A stretch of DNA of 64,000 bases, taken from positions 1 to 64,000 of the forward strand of contig CAZBRD010000020.1 in the NCBI GenBank assembly GCA_964494205.1, read 5' to 3'. Both the position numbers and the translations under genes were made by a program. Below the pieces are notes generated by a model, which saw nothing but the letters and a program-made list of their open reading frames with translations, was not told where the DNA came from and ran no database searches. Below are positions 19,524-27,885 of the stretch, one piece after another (positions within the stretch are counted from its first letter, which is position 1; each line of letters begins with the position of its first letter). The stretch is from an uncultured Phycisphaeraceae bacterium. Lineage in GTDB: Bacteria; Planctomycetota; Phycisphaerae; UBA1845.

Positions 19524-19779
19524 GGTGTCCCTCGTGAATGATCAAACTATGTTATCGATCGCTCCATTATTTATCGAAAGTCGGGGTATTTCAACTCCGG
19601 CAGGGGGACCATGTACCGCCAAAGGTAACGCTCGCACTTAGTTGCGAGAGTTTGTACCAGGGTAAGAGACAATTGGGATCCTCGTGGGCGGTCCTCTGGG
19701 GCACGGTCGCTCGTGCGGACCGTTCGATCTCGCCACGATAAGCCGGAGCGCCAGGGCGCTTCACAGGCAGGGGTGATTT

Positions 19780-20529
19780 TTGATGACAGCAATTCATTCA
19801 GGCTCCTCCCGGCAACGTATCGTTCGTGTCAGCCTGATCTCTCTCATGGTTATCGGATTTGCCGTCGCCTATCTGTGGGATGGTTTCCGGGGATACCCGG
19901 AGCGGAACCGGCAGGAGTTGATCAAACTGCTCAATCTCGACCAGGTGGCCGCTTCCCAGTTGGTGATTGATCCAAATCTCACAGCCTCGGAAGCGGACCG
20001 CAGGCTTGGGATTATTGGACGCGACAAGCTGAATAGCGTCGAAAAGCTGACCACGGCGTTCGGCAAGCCGTCGCTCGTTCATGGTGGCGAAGCCTATTAC
20101 ATGGGGCAGGCTGGTTGGGTGAAGGTGAAAACTGGTGGTGGGGGCGCAGGTGAGTGGGTTCGAGCGGGGAAAAGCGATACCGACATTCAACTTCAGCGCT
20201 GGATCGGGATTGCGCTTTCGGTGCTTGGTGTCGTTCTTGCGGTTCATATGATACGAGTGCTGCTATTCCGAGTGGCGGTTGATTCGAGTTCCTTGAAAAT
20301 AACTGGACGACAGCCAATCCCGCTTGCGTCCATCAGTGCTATCGATGCCGGCGAGTTCCAAAAAACAGGACGAATCGAAGTGCGTTTCGACGGCGGCGGG
20401 ATGCAGCGCAGCGTCAGGCTCGATGACTATCAAGTCATGGATTTGAAGGGGATCGTAGCGGCTATCTGTAAGGAGCGGGGAATGCCGGATCCGTTAGCTG
20501 CCGCGTCGACAAGAACCACGGATGCCTAG
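19780..20529 (+). CDS. hypothetical membrane protein (2 TM helices, Gly-rich central region)
   Basis: 249 aa. TM helices at residues 16-36 and 142-164. GGGGAGEW Gly-rich segment. No known family recognised. Confidence 0.4.
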   Translation: MMTAIHSGSSRQRIVRVSLISLMVIGFAVAYLWDGFRGYPERNRQELIKLLNLDQVAASQLVIDPNLTASEADRRLGIIGRDKLNSVEKLTTAFGKPSLVHGGEAYYMGQAGWVKVKTGGGGAGEWVRAGKSDTDIQLQRWIGIALSVLGVVLAVHMIRVLLFRVAVDSSSLKITGRQPIPLASISAIDAGEFQKTGRIEVRFDGGGMQRSVRLDDYQVMDLKGIVAAICKERGMPDPLAAASTRTTDA

Positions 20530-22199
20530 TTGCCGGGACGCGGGCCATGAGTCTTTCGGCTGTCGGCGAGGCTCGCGTCCGTGGAAGGCAGTCGAACGTG
20601 GAACGTAGTTCCCTCGCCGATTTTGCTTTCGAGATCAATCACACCACGAAGCTCGCGTACGATCTTTTGCGCCGCGGCCAGCCCCAGGCCGCTTCCGCCT
20701 TGGCCTTTTGTCGAGTGGAAGACATCAAAGACGTGCTCAAGGTCACCTGGCGCAATACCCGGCCCGTTGTCCCCGATCGAGAGAGTCACACGCGAGTGAT
20801 CGGGCTCGTAATGGGTTCGGACGTTGACGCGACCAGACTTATGCGGAACTGCCTGAAGAGCGTTGAGCATGATGTTGTGTACAACTTGATGGATGCCTTC
20901 AGGGTCCAGCGGAATGGCAGGTAACTCCTCCAAATCCGCCAACACCATGGTTTCGCACTCATCGGCGCGACCCTGAACCAGGGTAATGACATCCTCAACG
21001 ATTCGATTCAATTGCACCGGTTCGATGCGTGGTTGGCGGTCCTTGCTGAAGGTGAGCATGTTCATCGCGAGATGGAACGTGCGATCGAGATTGCTGCGGA
21101 CCAGATTCCAACCCGCCTTAGCCGTATCAAAGTTTTCCTTCCGCATGCCAAGTTCAACGACCTCGGCTCCGCCCTGCATGCCTTGAAGAATGTTGCGGAT
21201 GTGGTGCGAAAGGTAAGCGACGGTCTCGCCGGTGGCGGCTAAACGCTCGTTGCGAACACGCATGTTGAGTAGACGGAAATTCTCCATGGCCATGCCGGTG
21301 AGGCGGCCGATAGCCACCGCAAGTCGCAACTGTTCGTGCGTGTATGTGTGGTGCGACATCGAGCAGTCCATGTGGATGACGCCCTCGACTTTGTCGCGCA
21401 GCAGAATGGGCACGCAAATGACGCTGCGCAGGCCAAGTCGGTGAATACTGTCCTGGCTGTCCTCGCCGGAGAAGCGCTCATCCGACATCGCGTTGGCGCA
21501 GAGCACGCCCTCGCGACTCTTGAGCACGTGATGAATGATTTTTCTTGAAGCTACGATTTGCGGACTGCCTGAGCGTTCATGCTTGCGTCGTCGAACGACC
21601 TGCGGCGACAGCCTCTCGCCTTCGCCGCTGGGCATTAGAATCAGGAGGCGATCGACAATCAGATTATCAAAAATGATATCAGCCACTTTTTCCAACAGAC
21701 CGCCAAGGGAGTCAGTCGTTCCTATCGTTTCTGCGATTTGATAGACGACATTCCACGCAGCCACCGCGTCGGCTGTTTCCGGAGATTGCAGAATCACGCT
21801 CTCCTGCGCCGTGTTGACCGCAGAGAGAATCGATGCGCCGACTGAGTTGCTGCTGACGTCGAGGTCGATTAGATCGCGCGAGTCTTCATCCCGCGCGTGG
21901 CCATTGCCTTTTTCCTTGCCGTTGAACACCAGCAGTGTGCTGCCGACTTTGATCTGATCACCGTGTTTGATGGGAGTAGGGGAGACGATTCGCCGCCCAT
22001 TCAGGAATGTACCGTTCGAGCTATTCAGGTCAGCGAGATACCACGATCCGTTATTCGGTCGAATCTCCGCGTGCCTTCGTGAGGTGCTGTCATCTGTAAG
22101 CTGGATGTGCTCGGCGGAACGACCAATCAACGCCGGTTCGTCCGGAGTTTCGTACGTGCGTCCCTTATCCGGACCCTGCAACACGTGTAACGTGGGCAC
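20526..22199 (-). CDS. sensor histidine kinase with N-terminal FHA domain and central GAF domain
   Basis: FHA: GRSAEHIQLTDDSTSRRHAEI...SSNGTFLNGRRI. GAF-like middle. HisKA H-box VAYLSHHIRNILQGMQ. HATPase_c N and G boxes (NIMLNALQAV; GDNGPGI; GQGGSGLGL). No response-regulator gene adjacent. Confidence 0.8.
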   Translation of the reverse strand: MPTLHVLQGPDKGRTYETPDEPALIGRSAEHIQLTDDSTSRRHAEIRPNNGSWYLADLNSSNGTFLNGRRIVSPTPIKHGDQIKVGSTLLVFNGKEKGNGHARDEDSRDLIDLDVSSNSVGASILSAVNTAQESVILQSPETADAVAAWNVVYQIAETIGTTDSLGGLLEKVADIIFDNLIVDRLLILMPSGEGERLSPQVVRRRKHERSGSPQIVASRKIIHHVLKSREGVLCANAMSDERFSGEDSQDSIHRLGLRSVICVPILLRDKVEGVIHMDCSMSHHTYTHEQLRLAVAIGRLTGMAMENFRLLNMRVRNERLAATGETVAYLSHHIRNILQGMQGGAEVVELGMRKENFDTAKAGWNLVRSNLDRTFHLAMNMLTFSKDRQPRIEPVQLNRIVEDVITLVQGRADECETMVLADLEELPAIPLDPEGIHQVVHNIMLNALQAVPHKSGRVNVRTHYEPDHSRVTLSIGDNGPGIAPGDLEHVFDVFHSTKGQGGSGLGLAAAQKIVRELRGVIDLESKIGEGTTFHVRLPSTDASLADSRKTHGPRPGN

Positions 22200-22515
22200 T
22201 GCAAAGGCTCCCGGTGTTGTTCAATGAACTCGGTCGACCCTCATCGCGACCACAAGACTGACTCACGAACTTGAACTCGAAATCGAGTCTGTCAGCCGTT
22301 CATGATTCTCAACTCAACACGAACGATCTTAGATTTGCACATCGCGCGTGTCAACGAAAGTCCGCTTCATGCATGCGTAGAAACACGGACAGATTGATTA
22401 TCGGCTGTGCTCTCGGAGGCTCGTCCGCAACCGCCTTCCAATCAGTGTTTGTGCATGCGATTGCAGTTTTGATACATGAGTGTTACGTCGGCGTCTTTGA
22501 GTTAAGCTGCCGTAC

Positions 22516-23232
22516 ATGACTCGGCGAGATGTAAGACAGTTCGACGTCAAGAGCTTTGATCGCGACGGCTTTGCGATCATCGATGATGCGCTCTCGTCAG
22601 ATGAATGCGATTCGTTGATTGAGTCGCTTGCAAGCTTGCCGCGCGAAGCGAATCGCGGAGGTATTCGCAATCTGATTGATCATGCAGCCGTTGCTTCACT
22701 GGTTAATCATCCGAGTATCGCACATCCGGCTCGGCAAATACTTGGTCTTACTGCCTTCGCGCACAAAGCCACACTCTTTGAGAAAACGCCGGATGCGAAT
22801 TGGTTGGTAACGTGGCATCAGGATACGTTCATACCACTGGCATCTCGCGTTGATCTTCCGGAGTGGTCCGGTTGGTGCGTCAAGGCGGGGACGATTCATG
22901 CGCGACCACCAGTTGCGATGATGGAACAAGTCCTGGCTGTAAGAATTCATCTCGACGCATCGACGTTGCAAAATGGATCACTTCGCGTTGTGCCGGCGAG
23001 TCATACTCGTGGGTATTTATCCGATGTCCAAATCGCTACCTCAAGTGCTGAATCAAACTCAGTCACATGTCTTGTATCTCGCGGTGGATTGTTGTTGATG
23101 CGACCGCTGCTCTTGCACGCGTCGTCAAAGTCAGTTTTGCCTGAACCGCGACGAGTCATTCATTTCGAATTTTCAAATGTCATCCTGCCGAACGGTCTCG
23201 ATTGGCCACGACGTGCACCGATCGTTGGTTAG
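22516..23232 (+). CDS. phytanoyl-CoA dioxygenase (PhyH) family Fe(II)/2-oxoglutarate oxygenase
   Basis: VTWHQDTFIPL (HxD), downstream GSLRVVPASH (second His) and the double-stranded beta-helix pattern are typical of the PhyH family. Confidence 0.7.
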   Translation: MTRRDVRQFDVKSFDRDGFAIIDDALSSDECDSLIESLASLPREANRGGIRNLIDHAAVASLVNHPSIAHPARQILGLTAFAHKATLFEKTPDANWLVTWHQDTFIPLASRVDLPEWSGWCVKAGTIHARPPVAMMEQVLAVRIHLDASTLQNGSLRVVPASHTRGYLSDVQIATSSAESNSVTCLVSRGGLLLMRPLLLHASSKSVLPEPRRVIHFEFSNVILPNGLDWPRRAPIVG

Positions 23233-23286
23233 GGCGAAGCCGAATACTCACAATAAGCAAAGGAATCATTTTTTCTTTTACATTAC

Positions 23287-23314
23287 TTGACAGACACTTT
23301 TTATGAGTTATACT
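23287..23314 (+). promoter_or_regulatory. sigma70-like promoter (TTGACA-16-TATACT)
   Basis: Consensus -35 TTGACA at 23287-23292, 16-nt spacer, -10 TATACT at 23309-23314. It lies in an AT-rich island. Confidence 0.35.
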
Positions 23315-23378
23315 TCCCTGTCTCATCGGCGAGGTATTCCCTTTTTGATTCCCGAACGATGATCCCTGAGGTAACTAA

Positions 23379-23567
23379 ATGACTTGGAAGCTTATGACAA
23401 TTTGTTCGCTGCTAGGCAGAATCGCGAATAGCGCTGCGATAAATCGCGGAAAAGCTATTGCATTTGTGCCGGCGTTCAATCGCCAACCGCACGTAATGCG
23501 GCACTGCGATTGCTATACGCCAGCGCGCGAATCAACGGTCGATTCCCATAGTCCACCTTCAGGGTAA
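23379..23567 (+). CDS. candidate 62-aa ORF within an orphan promoter-terminator unit (may instead be a non-coding RNA)
   Basis: GAGGT RBS 7 nt before ATG. Stop TAA 31 nt before a strong terminator. Third-position GC is low, unlike the host. Confidence 0.2.
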   Translation: MTWKLMTICSLLGRIANSAAINRGKAIAFVPAFNRQPHVMRHCDCYTPARESTVDSHSPPSG

Positions 23568-23598
23568 GTACCCAGTTAATTGGGTAGGCTTTCTCAAA

Positions 23599-23630
23599 GC
23601 CCTGAAGGATAAAACCTTCAGGGCTTTTTT
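23599..23630 (+). terminator. rho-independent terminator
   Basis: GCCCTGAAGG-ataaaa-CCTTCAGGGC perfect 10-bp stem followed by TTTTTT. Confidence 0.6.
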
Positions 23631-23896
23631 GTTGGACTGATTGAATGTTGAAGAGAACTGTGTTGTACAGTGCGCTGATTCCGCGCGCACGCATCATCAA
23701 TCAATGTCGTTTTGCTCCCCGACGGTCCGCTTGTGACTACTGGGATGATTTCGAAATTGACGACGGCGCGGTGATTTCACCAATCAATCGATTCTATGTG
23801 GCCACAACCGTTGTCGGCCGACGGCGCATGGGGATGTTTCAAACATTTCCCACATGCGTTCCGCAAACGGCATCGAGAACGATAACTGGATGAGGC

Positions 23897-23972
23897 GTTC
23901 GAGTAGCTCAACGGATAGAGCATCACGCTGATAACGTGAGGGTCGCGGGTTCGATTCCCGCCTCAAACACCA
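23897..23972 (+). tRNA. tRNA-Ile (anticodon GAT)
   Basis: Cloverleaf: acceptor GTTCGAG/CTCAAAC (one C-A mismatch); D-arm TAGCTCAACGGATAGAGCA; anticodon stem TCACG/CGTGA with loop CTGATAA; T-arm GCGGGTTCGATTCCCGC; discriminator A plus encoded CCA. Confidence 0.8.
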
Positions 23973-24296
23973 AGCTAGCGCTTGCACGATTGAGATCGTG
24001 GACGAAAGCGGATTGCGGGAGTTGTTGAATGGTAAGCCGGTCGTCGAAAGCTGTATCAGACTCGAGTGAACTGGTGCAGCCAAAACGACACCGTGCGATG
24101 TGCTATGCAGTCGGGTGGATCCCGACGCGTCAAATGCGACGAAACGCGGTGGCCATTGATTCGTCATTGGTCACCAAATGGGAACGAAAACGACGCGCCT
24201 CAAGCCTGACTCCGCACGAAGCACGGGGCGAATCGTGTAGATGACCCTGCAGTCCGCGAAATTATGACAAACACCTATGAGAGGAGGTGCATAAAT

Positions 24297-25427
24297 ATGT
24301 TCGGAAAGGTTCGTATTCGTAAGCATGAATTGGGACTTCTGTTCCGCTATGGCGATTTTCGCGACGTGCTCCGTCCGGGCAAGTATCGCCTGTGGAGTCG
24401 TCTGTGGAGCAAAGCTCGTGCGCAGGTTGAAGTCGTGAACACGCTCGACACTCGGTTCGATCACAAGGTGCTCGACGTGCTCGTGCGTGAACCGTCCCTT
24501 CGCGACGCGCTGACCGTGGTTGACCTCGAAGACAACCAGCGGGCGCTCGTCTGGAAGGATGGTCGGTTGGCGTACATCGTCGGTCCGGGTCGACACGCGT
24601 TCTGGCGCGAGCCGTTGGAGTTGACCGTTGAAGTCTTCAACGTCGAGGCGCTTCATTTTTCGCACCCGAAGATGGATGCGGTTCTGAAGCACGCGGATGC
24701 GCCGAAATGGCTCGCCGGGCTCGAAGTGAACGAGTACGAGACCGTCTTGTTCTCGCGCGACGGCCAGATCACCAATCGACTCGGCAAGGGTCGCTACGTG
24801 TACTGGAGGGACGTTGGCCGCGTGACGTGGAAGTGTCTCGACTTGCGAGAGCAAGTGCTCGACGTCGCGGGGCAGGAAATCATGACCCAGGACAAGGTCA
24901 CGCTCCGCGTCAACCTGCTGGTGACTTACCAGGTGCTCGACCCGTACAAGGCCATGGTTGTTGTCAACGACCACGTGCAAGCGTTGTACCGCGAGGCGCA
25001 GCTTGCACTCCGGGCTGCGGTGGGTACGCGATCGCTCGACGCACTGCTGGCTGACAAGGAGTCAGTTGGTGGCGAAGTGCGGAACGCGATCGCGCAACGA
25101 GCGACCGAGTTCGGCGTTGTGATCCGGGGTGTCGGTCTGCGTGACATCATCCTGCCGGGAGAGATGAAGACCATCTTGAACCAGGTGATCGAAGCCGAGA
25201 AGGCCGCGCAGGCCAACCTGATCAAGCGGCGTGAGGAGACGGCCGCCGCGCGCAGTCAGGCCAATACAGCCAAGCTGCTCGCGGAAAACCCGATCCTTGC
25301 GCGGATGAAGGAATTGGAAATCCTGCAGGACGTTTTGTCGGGAGCCAAGGTGACGTTTGTGCTCGGTGAAAAGGACTTGGCGGGCCAGCTTCGCAAGCTC
25401 GTCCGCGACGCGGAGCCGGATTCGTAA
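24297..25427 (+). CDS. SPFH/band-7 (stomatin/prohibitin-like) domain protein with N-terminal extension
   Basis: C-terminal half matches SPFH (QDKVTLRVNLLVTYQVLDP...VVIRGVGLRDIILPGEMKTILNQVIEAEKAAQANLIKRREE). GAGGAGG RBS 11 nt before the ATG at 24297. Confidence 0.75.
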   Translation: MFGKVRIRKHELGLLFRYGDFRDVLRPGKYRLWSRLWSKARAQVEVVNTLDTRFDHKVLDVLVREPSLRDALTVVDLEDNQRALVWKDGRLAYIVGPGRHAFWREPLELTVEVFNVEALHFSHPKMDAVLKHADAPKWLAGLEVNEYETVLFSRDGQITNRLGKGRYVYWRDVGRVTWKCLDLREQVLDVAGQEIMTQDKVTLRVNLLVTYQVLDPYKAMVVVNDHVQALYREAQLALRAAVGTRSLDALLADKESVGGEVRNAIAQRATEFGVVIRGVGLRDIILPGEMKTILNQVIEAEKAAQANLIKRREETAAARSQANTAKLLAENPILARMKELEILQDVLSGAKVTFVLGEKDLAGQLRKLVRDAEPDS

Positions 25428-25571
25428 GTTGCTGTGTCGAGAATCGCTACTCGGCACAAAGAAGTTTTCGTGAGCGAATCGCGATCGCTCGGGTGAATGA
25501 TGCATCTGAATTGGTAACTCAAACCACCGAAAGGAGGTGATCTGAGCGTAACAGCTTCGGCGGGGTGAAGG

Positions 25572-25613
25572 TCTTGGCGGGACCTTCACCCCGTCTCTTT
25601 TCTACAAATGCGC
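25572..25613 (+). terminator. hairpin terminator downstream of the SPFH gene
   Basis: GGGGTGAAGGTC-ttggcggg-GACCTTCACCCC 12-bp stem followed by the T-rich GTCTCTTTTCT. Confidence 0.45.
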
Positions 25614-25654
25614 CGGGTGCCTGCGAATCCCTGTAGTGATACTCCAAACAAGCA

Positions 25655-27205
25655 CTAGTATCGATAACTGTTAGTGCCGCCTGCGCCGTCGGCCTCATCA
25701 AACCACTTATCCATTAGTTCAAACCAATTCTCCACGCGGCCATCGCCCTCGACGGCTCCGTCGCGGCACCAGGCGAGGTTGCCGAACTCTTTCTTGTGGG
25801 TTCGACGATCTAACGGGTGATACCAGCCAAATGATTCCCAGGTTGAGCCTTGTGAGTCGCCCGAGATGACCCCGGGAAACACGATGAAGATTCCATTCTT
25901 GCCTGGTGCGAAATCCTTGTATCGCGACATTCCAACAGATTGGATGACAAGAGAATCAGTTTCGCGCATGACATCCCGTGCTGCTCGTCTTGCTGCCGGG
26001 GCCAGGCGGTCGTCGTCTGCAATCCGCGAGGCCAGATCGTACAAATCAAAATGAGCACTGATCATCCACTGTCGCGGATGTCCGATGTACGCGTAGTGCA
26101 TGGAGCGTTTCGTATTGACGTACCCGCGGATTTCCTCGACGACGATGCGGCCATCGGTCTCATCGATGGCCCGCGACATCCGATCGACAGACTCCTTAAC
26201 ATTCTTCGCGCGTGCCAGATCGTAGCATCCCCAGCATTCATAATGCACGACGTTTCCGACGCGCTCGCGCTCAAGGAGGCGATGTTCGATTGCGTCGATC
26301 GCGGCAATACCGAACGATTTCGCATCCAGCGGAATGGGACCGCGAACGGGAATGTCGCCGATGACACCGCATTTTTCCAGAACGCGGACAACCGGAGCGG
26401 GGGCACTGAGCGGAGGAGTTGCAAGCATCACCTGCGCGTGGAACCGATTCGATTCGGGACGAAACTGGTATGCGTTCTCAATGCCGCCGAAGGAACATAC
26501 ATCGACCCACAACACGTCGACCGATTCTGCACTTGTCAGACCTTCAGAGATTTCGGCGACGAAAAGCGAGTCCTCGGAATCTCTGTTCAGCAAATCGACG
26601 CTTGAGATATCAGGGCAAACCGAGCGACACTCACCGTGCCCAAAGATGACAAGTGCATAATGATCAGCCGGATATTCGTGCTTCGACATTCGAATGAACT
26701 TGCGAAGCGTTTCCGGGTCGCCGGTGTTAGCTTCGTGGTCTGAGTCCAGCGTGATTTCCGGAAATGCTGTTCCGCCCGAGATGCGCGTCCATTGGCCATC
26801 GGTTAGCCGGAATAGTCGCGTGTCGTTGAAGTCCGCGCCGAGGATTTTTCGATCTTTGCTTGCTCCGTCCGTGCGGTCGATGAGAAGCACAACATTCCCG
26901 ATGACGCCTCCTTGCGATGACTCCTTGATGGCCCGTAGGTGCGGCATGATGTAAGGCTCGGCGCTGCTGTCCACTCCGGCGTAGATCATCACGGTCCACG
27001 GCAGGGTTTTCTTGTGGGTGGATAGCATAGCCAGTTGGGGAATTGATTCACTCGCACCGCGAATTGACGGCGGCGACTTAGTTTCAATGCACGATGCCGA
27101 TGCGAATAAGAGGGGCAGCAGTAAGCATTTTGTTGTCGTGAGCACCCGCAAACTCAATCTGGTCATAGAACGAAATCCACACGGTTGGCGCAAAGATGTT
27201 CGCAT
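25655..27205 (-). CDS. clostripain-like (C11 family) cysteine peptidase, lipoprotein (tentative)
   Basis: Signal plus lipobox LLFASASC. Candidate His/Cys dyad in LVIFGHGEC (compare clostripain WDHGxG) and VDVCSFGGIE (compare FDACLMG). Confidence 0.45.
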   Translation of the reverse strand: MRTSLRQPCGFRSMTRLSLRVLTTTKCLLLPLLFASASCIETKSPPSIRGASESIPQLAMLSTHKKTLPWTVMIYAGVDSSAEPYIMPHLRAIKESSQGGVIGNVVLLIDRTDGASKDRKILGADFNDTRLFRLTDGQWTRISGGTAFPEITLDSDHEANTGDPETLRKFIRMSKHEYPADHYALVIFGHGECRSVCPDISSVDLLNRDSEDSLFVAEISEGLTSAESVDVLWVDVCSFGGIENAYQFRPESNRFHAQVMLATPPLSAPAPVVRVLEKCGVIGDIPVRGPIPLDAKSFGIAAIDAIEHRLLERERVGNVVHYECWGCYDLARAKNVKESVDRMSRAIDETDGRIVVEEIRGYVNTKRSMHYAYIGHPRQWMISAHFDLYDLASRIADDDRLAPAARRAARDVMRETDSLVIQSVGMSRYKDFAPGKNGIFIVFPGVISGDSQGSTWESFGWYHPLDRRTHKKEFGNLAWCRDGAVEGDGRVENWFELMDKWFDEADGAGGTNSYRY

Positions 27206-27363
27206 GCGATTAACCCAGGGCGATTCAAAACGATCGGCGCAAGTTGTCTTAGCGAGTCTAAAACAATCGCCTCTCGTTCGTCGGCGATGGCGTGATTCGG
27301 CTTTCAGTTACGTGGCGATGCGAGTCCCAGAATCATGCCAATGTGGCTCAGCGCGAGGGCGTC

Positions 27364-27819
27364 CTAGAAAAGTCGCCGCATGCGCTCAAGGGTGGGCTCA
27401 AATTTCGGATAATCTTCCCAGTACGTTGGGCCGGAGTGGAGCTTCTTTCGCAGCGGATCATTGAACCGCACGATGAGCGAAAAGATCGGGAGTACGATGA
27501 AAAACACAACGCTCAGCATGATGGTGGACATCACAATGCCCACAGGCACGAAAACTGACATCCACGCCACGTTAATGGTCTTTGTGACCGTCGGCGAAAC
27601 GCGCGAAATGGCAAAAAGTGTCATGCCGAGCGCAAAGAGAAAGACGCTGGCAAATTGCCAGCCGCTGCCGGCCCATTCAAAAAAACCTCGCGGTATCGCA
27701 GCCTTTGCCCAAGTTCGCCACCAGATGAGCACCGCAATCACGCCGAAGCCAAACAGCATCGCGGAACCAAACTTGCGTAGTTCATGCAGCGACGGGTTGC
27801 GATTTACTTCAAACATCAT
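27364..27819 (-). CDS. hypothetical small membrane protein (4 TM helices)
   Basis: 151 aa, four hydrophobic helices. No family recognised. Confidence 0.45.
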   Translation of the reverse strand: MMFEVNRNPSLHELRKFGSAMLFGFGVIAVLIWWRTWAKAAIPRGFFEWAGSGWQFASVFLFALGMTLFAISRVSPTVTKTINVAWMSVFVPVGIVMSTIMLSVVFFIVLPIFSLIVRFNDPLRKKLHSGPTYWEDYPKFEPTLERMRRLF

Positions 27820-27885
27820 TTGCCCAAACTTGTTTCAAAATCCTCATGCCATCGAGGACTTACTAAGACACAACGCTTTGCCTTG

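Noticed and set aside
23784-24167. 127-aa minus-strand ORF covering the tRNA-Ile gene, and 52071..52466 covering tRNA-Arg
   Set aside because: They overlap well-formed tRNA cloverleaves; the translations are low complexity.
23233-24296. Possible integrated element at tRNA-Ile (and at tRNA-Arg 52193..52266)
   Set aside because: No integrase, excisionase, direct repeat of the tRNA 3' end, or phage/plasmid genes are found within the window on either side. Only the small foreign-composition cassette is reported.
25535-25560. Perfect extended Shine-Dalgarno AAGGAGGTGATC (complement of the 16S 3' tail GATCACCTCCTT) with no ORF behind it; it briefly suggested a 16S rRNA 3' end on the minus strand
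   Set aside because: No rRNA-sized conserved sequence surrounds it; the flanks are an ordinary intergenic spacer and the C11 peptidase gene. No start codon lies at a workable distance downstream. Probably a fortuitous or vestigial RBS; I kept it only as a note.
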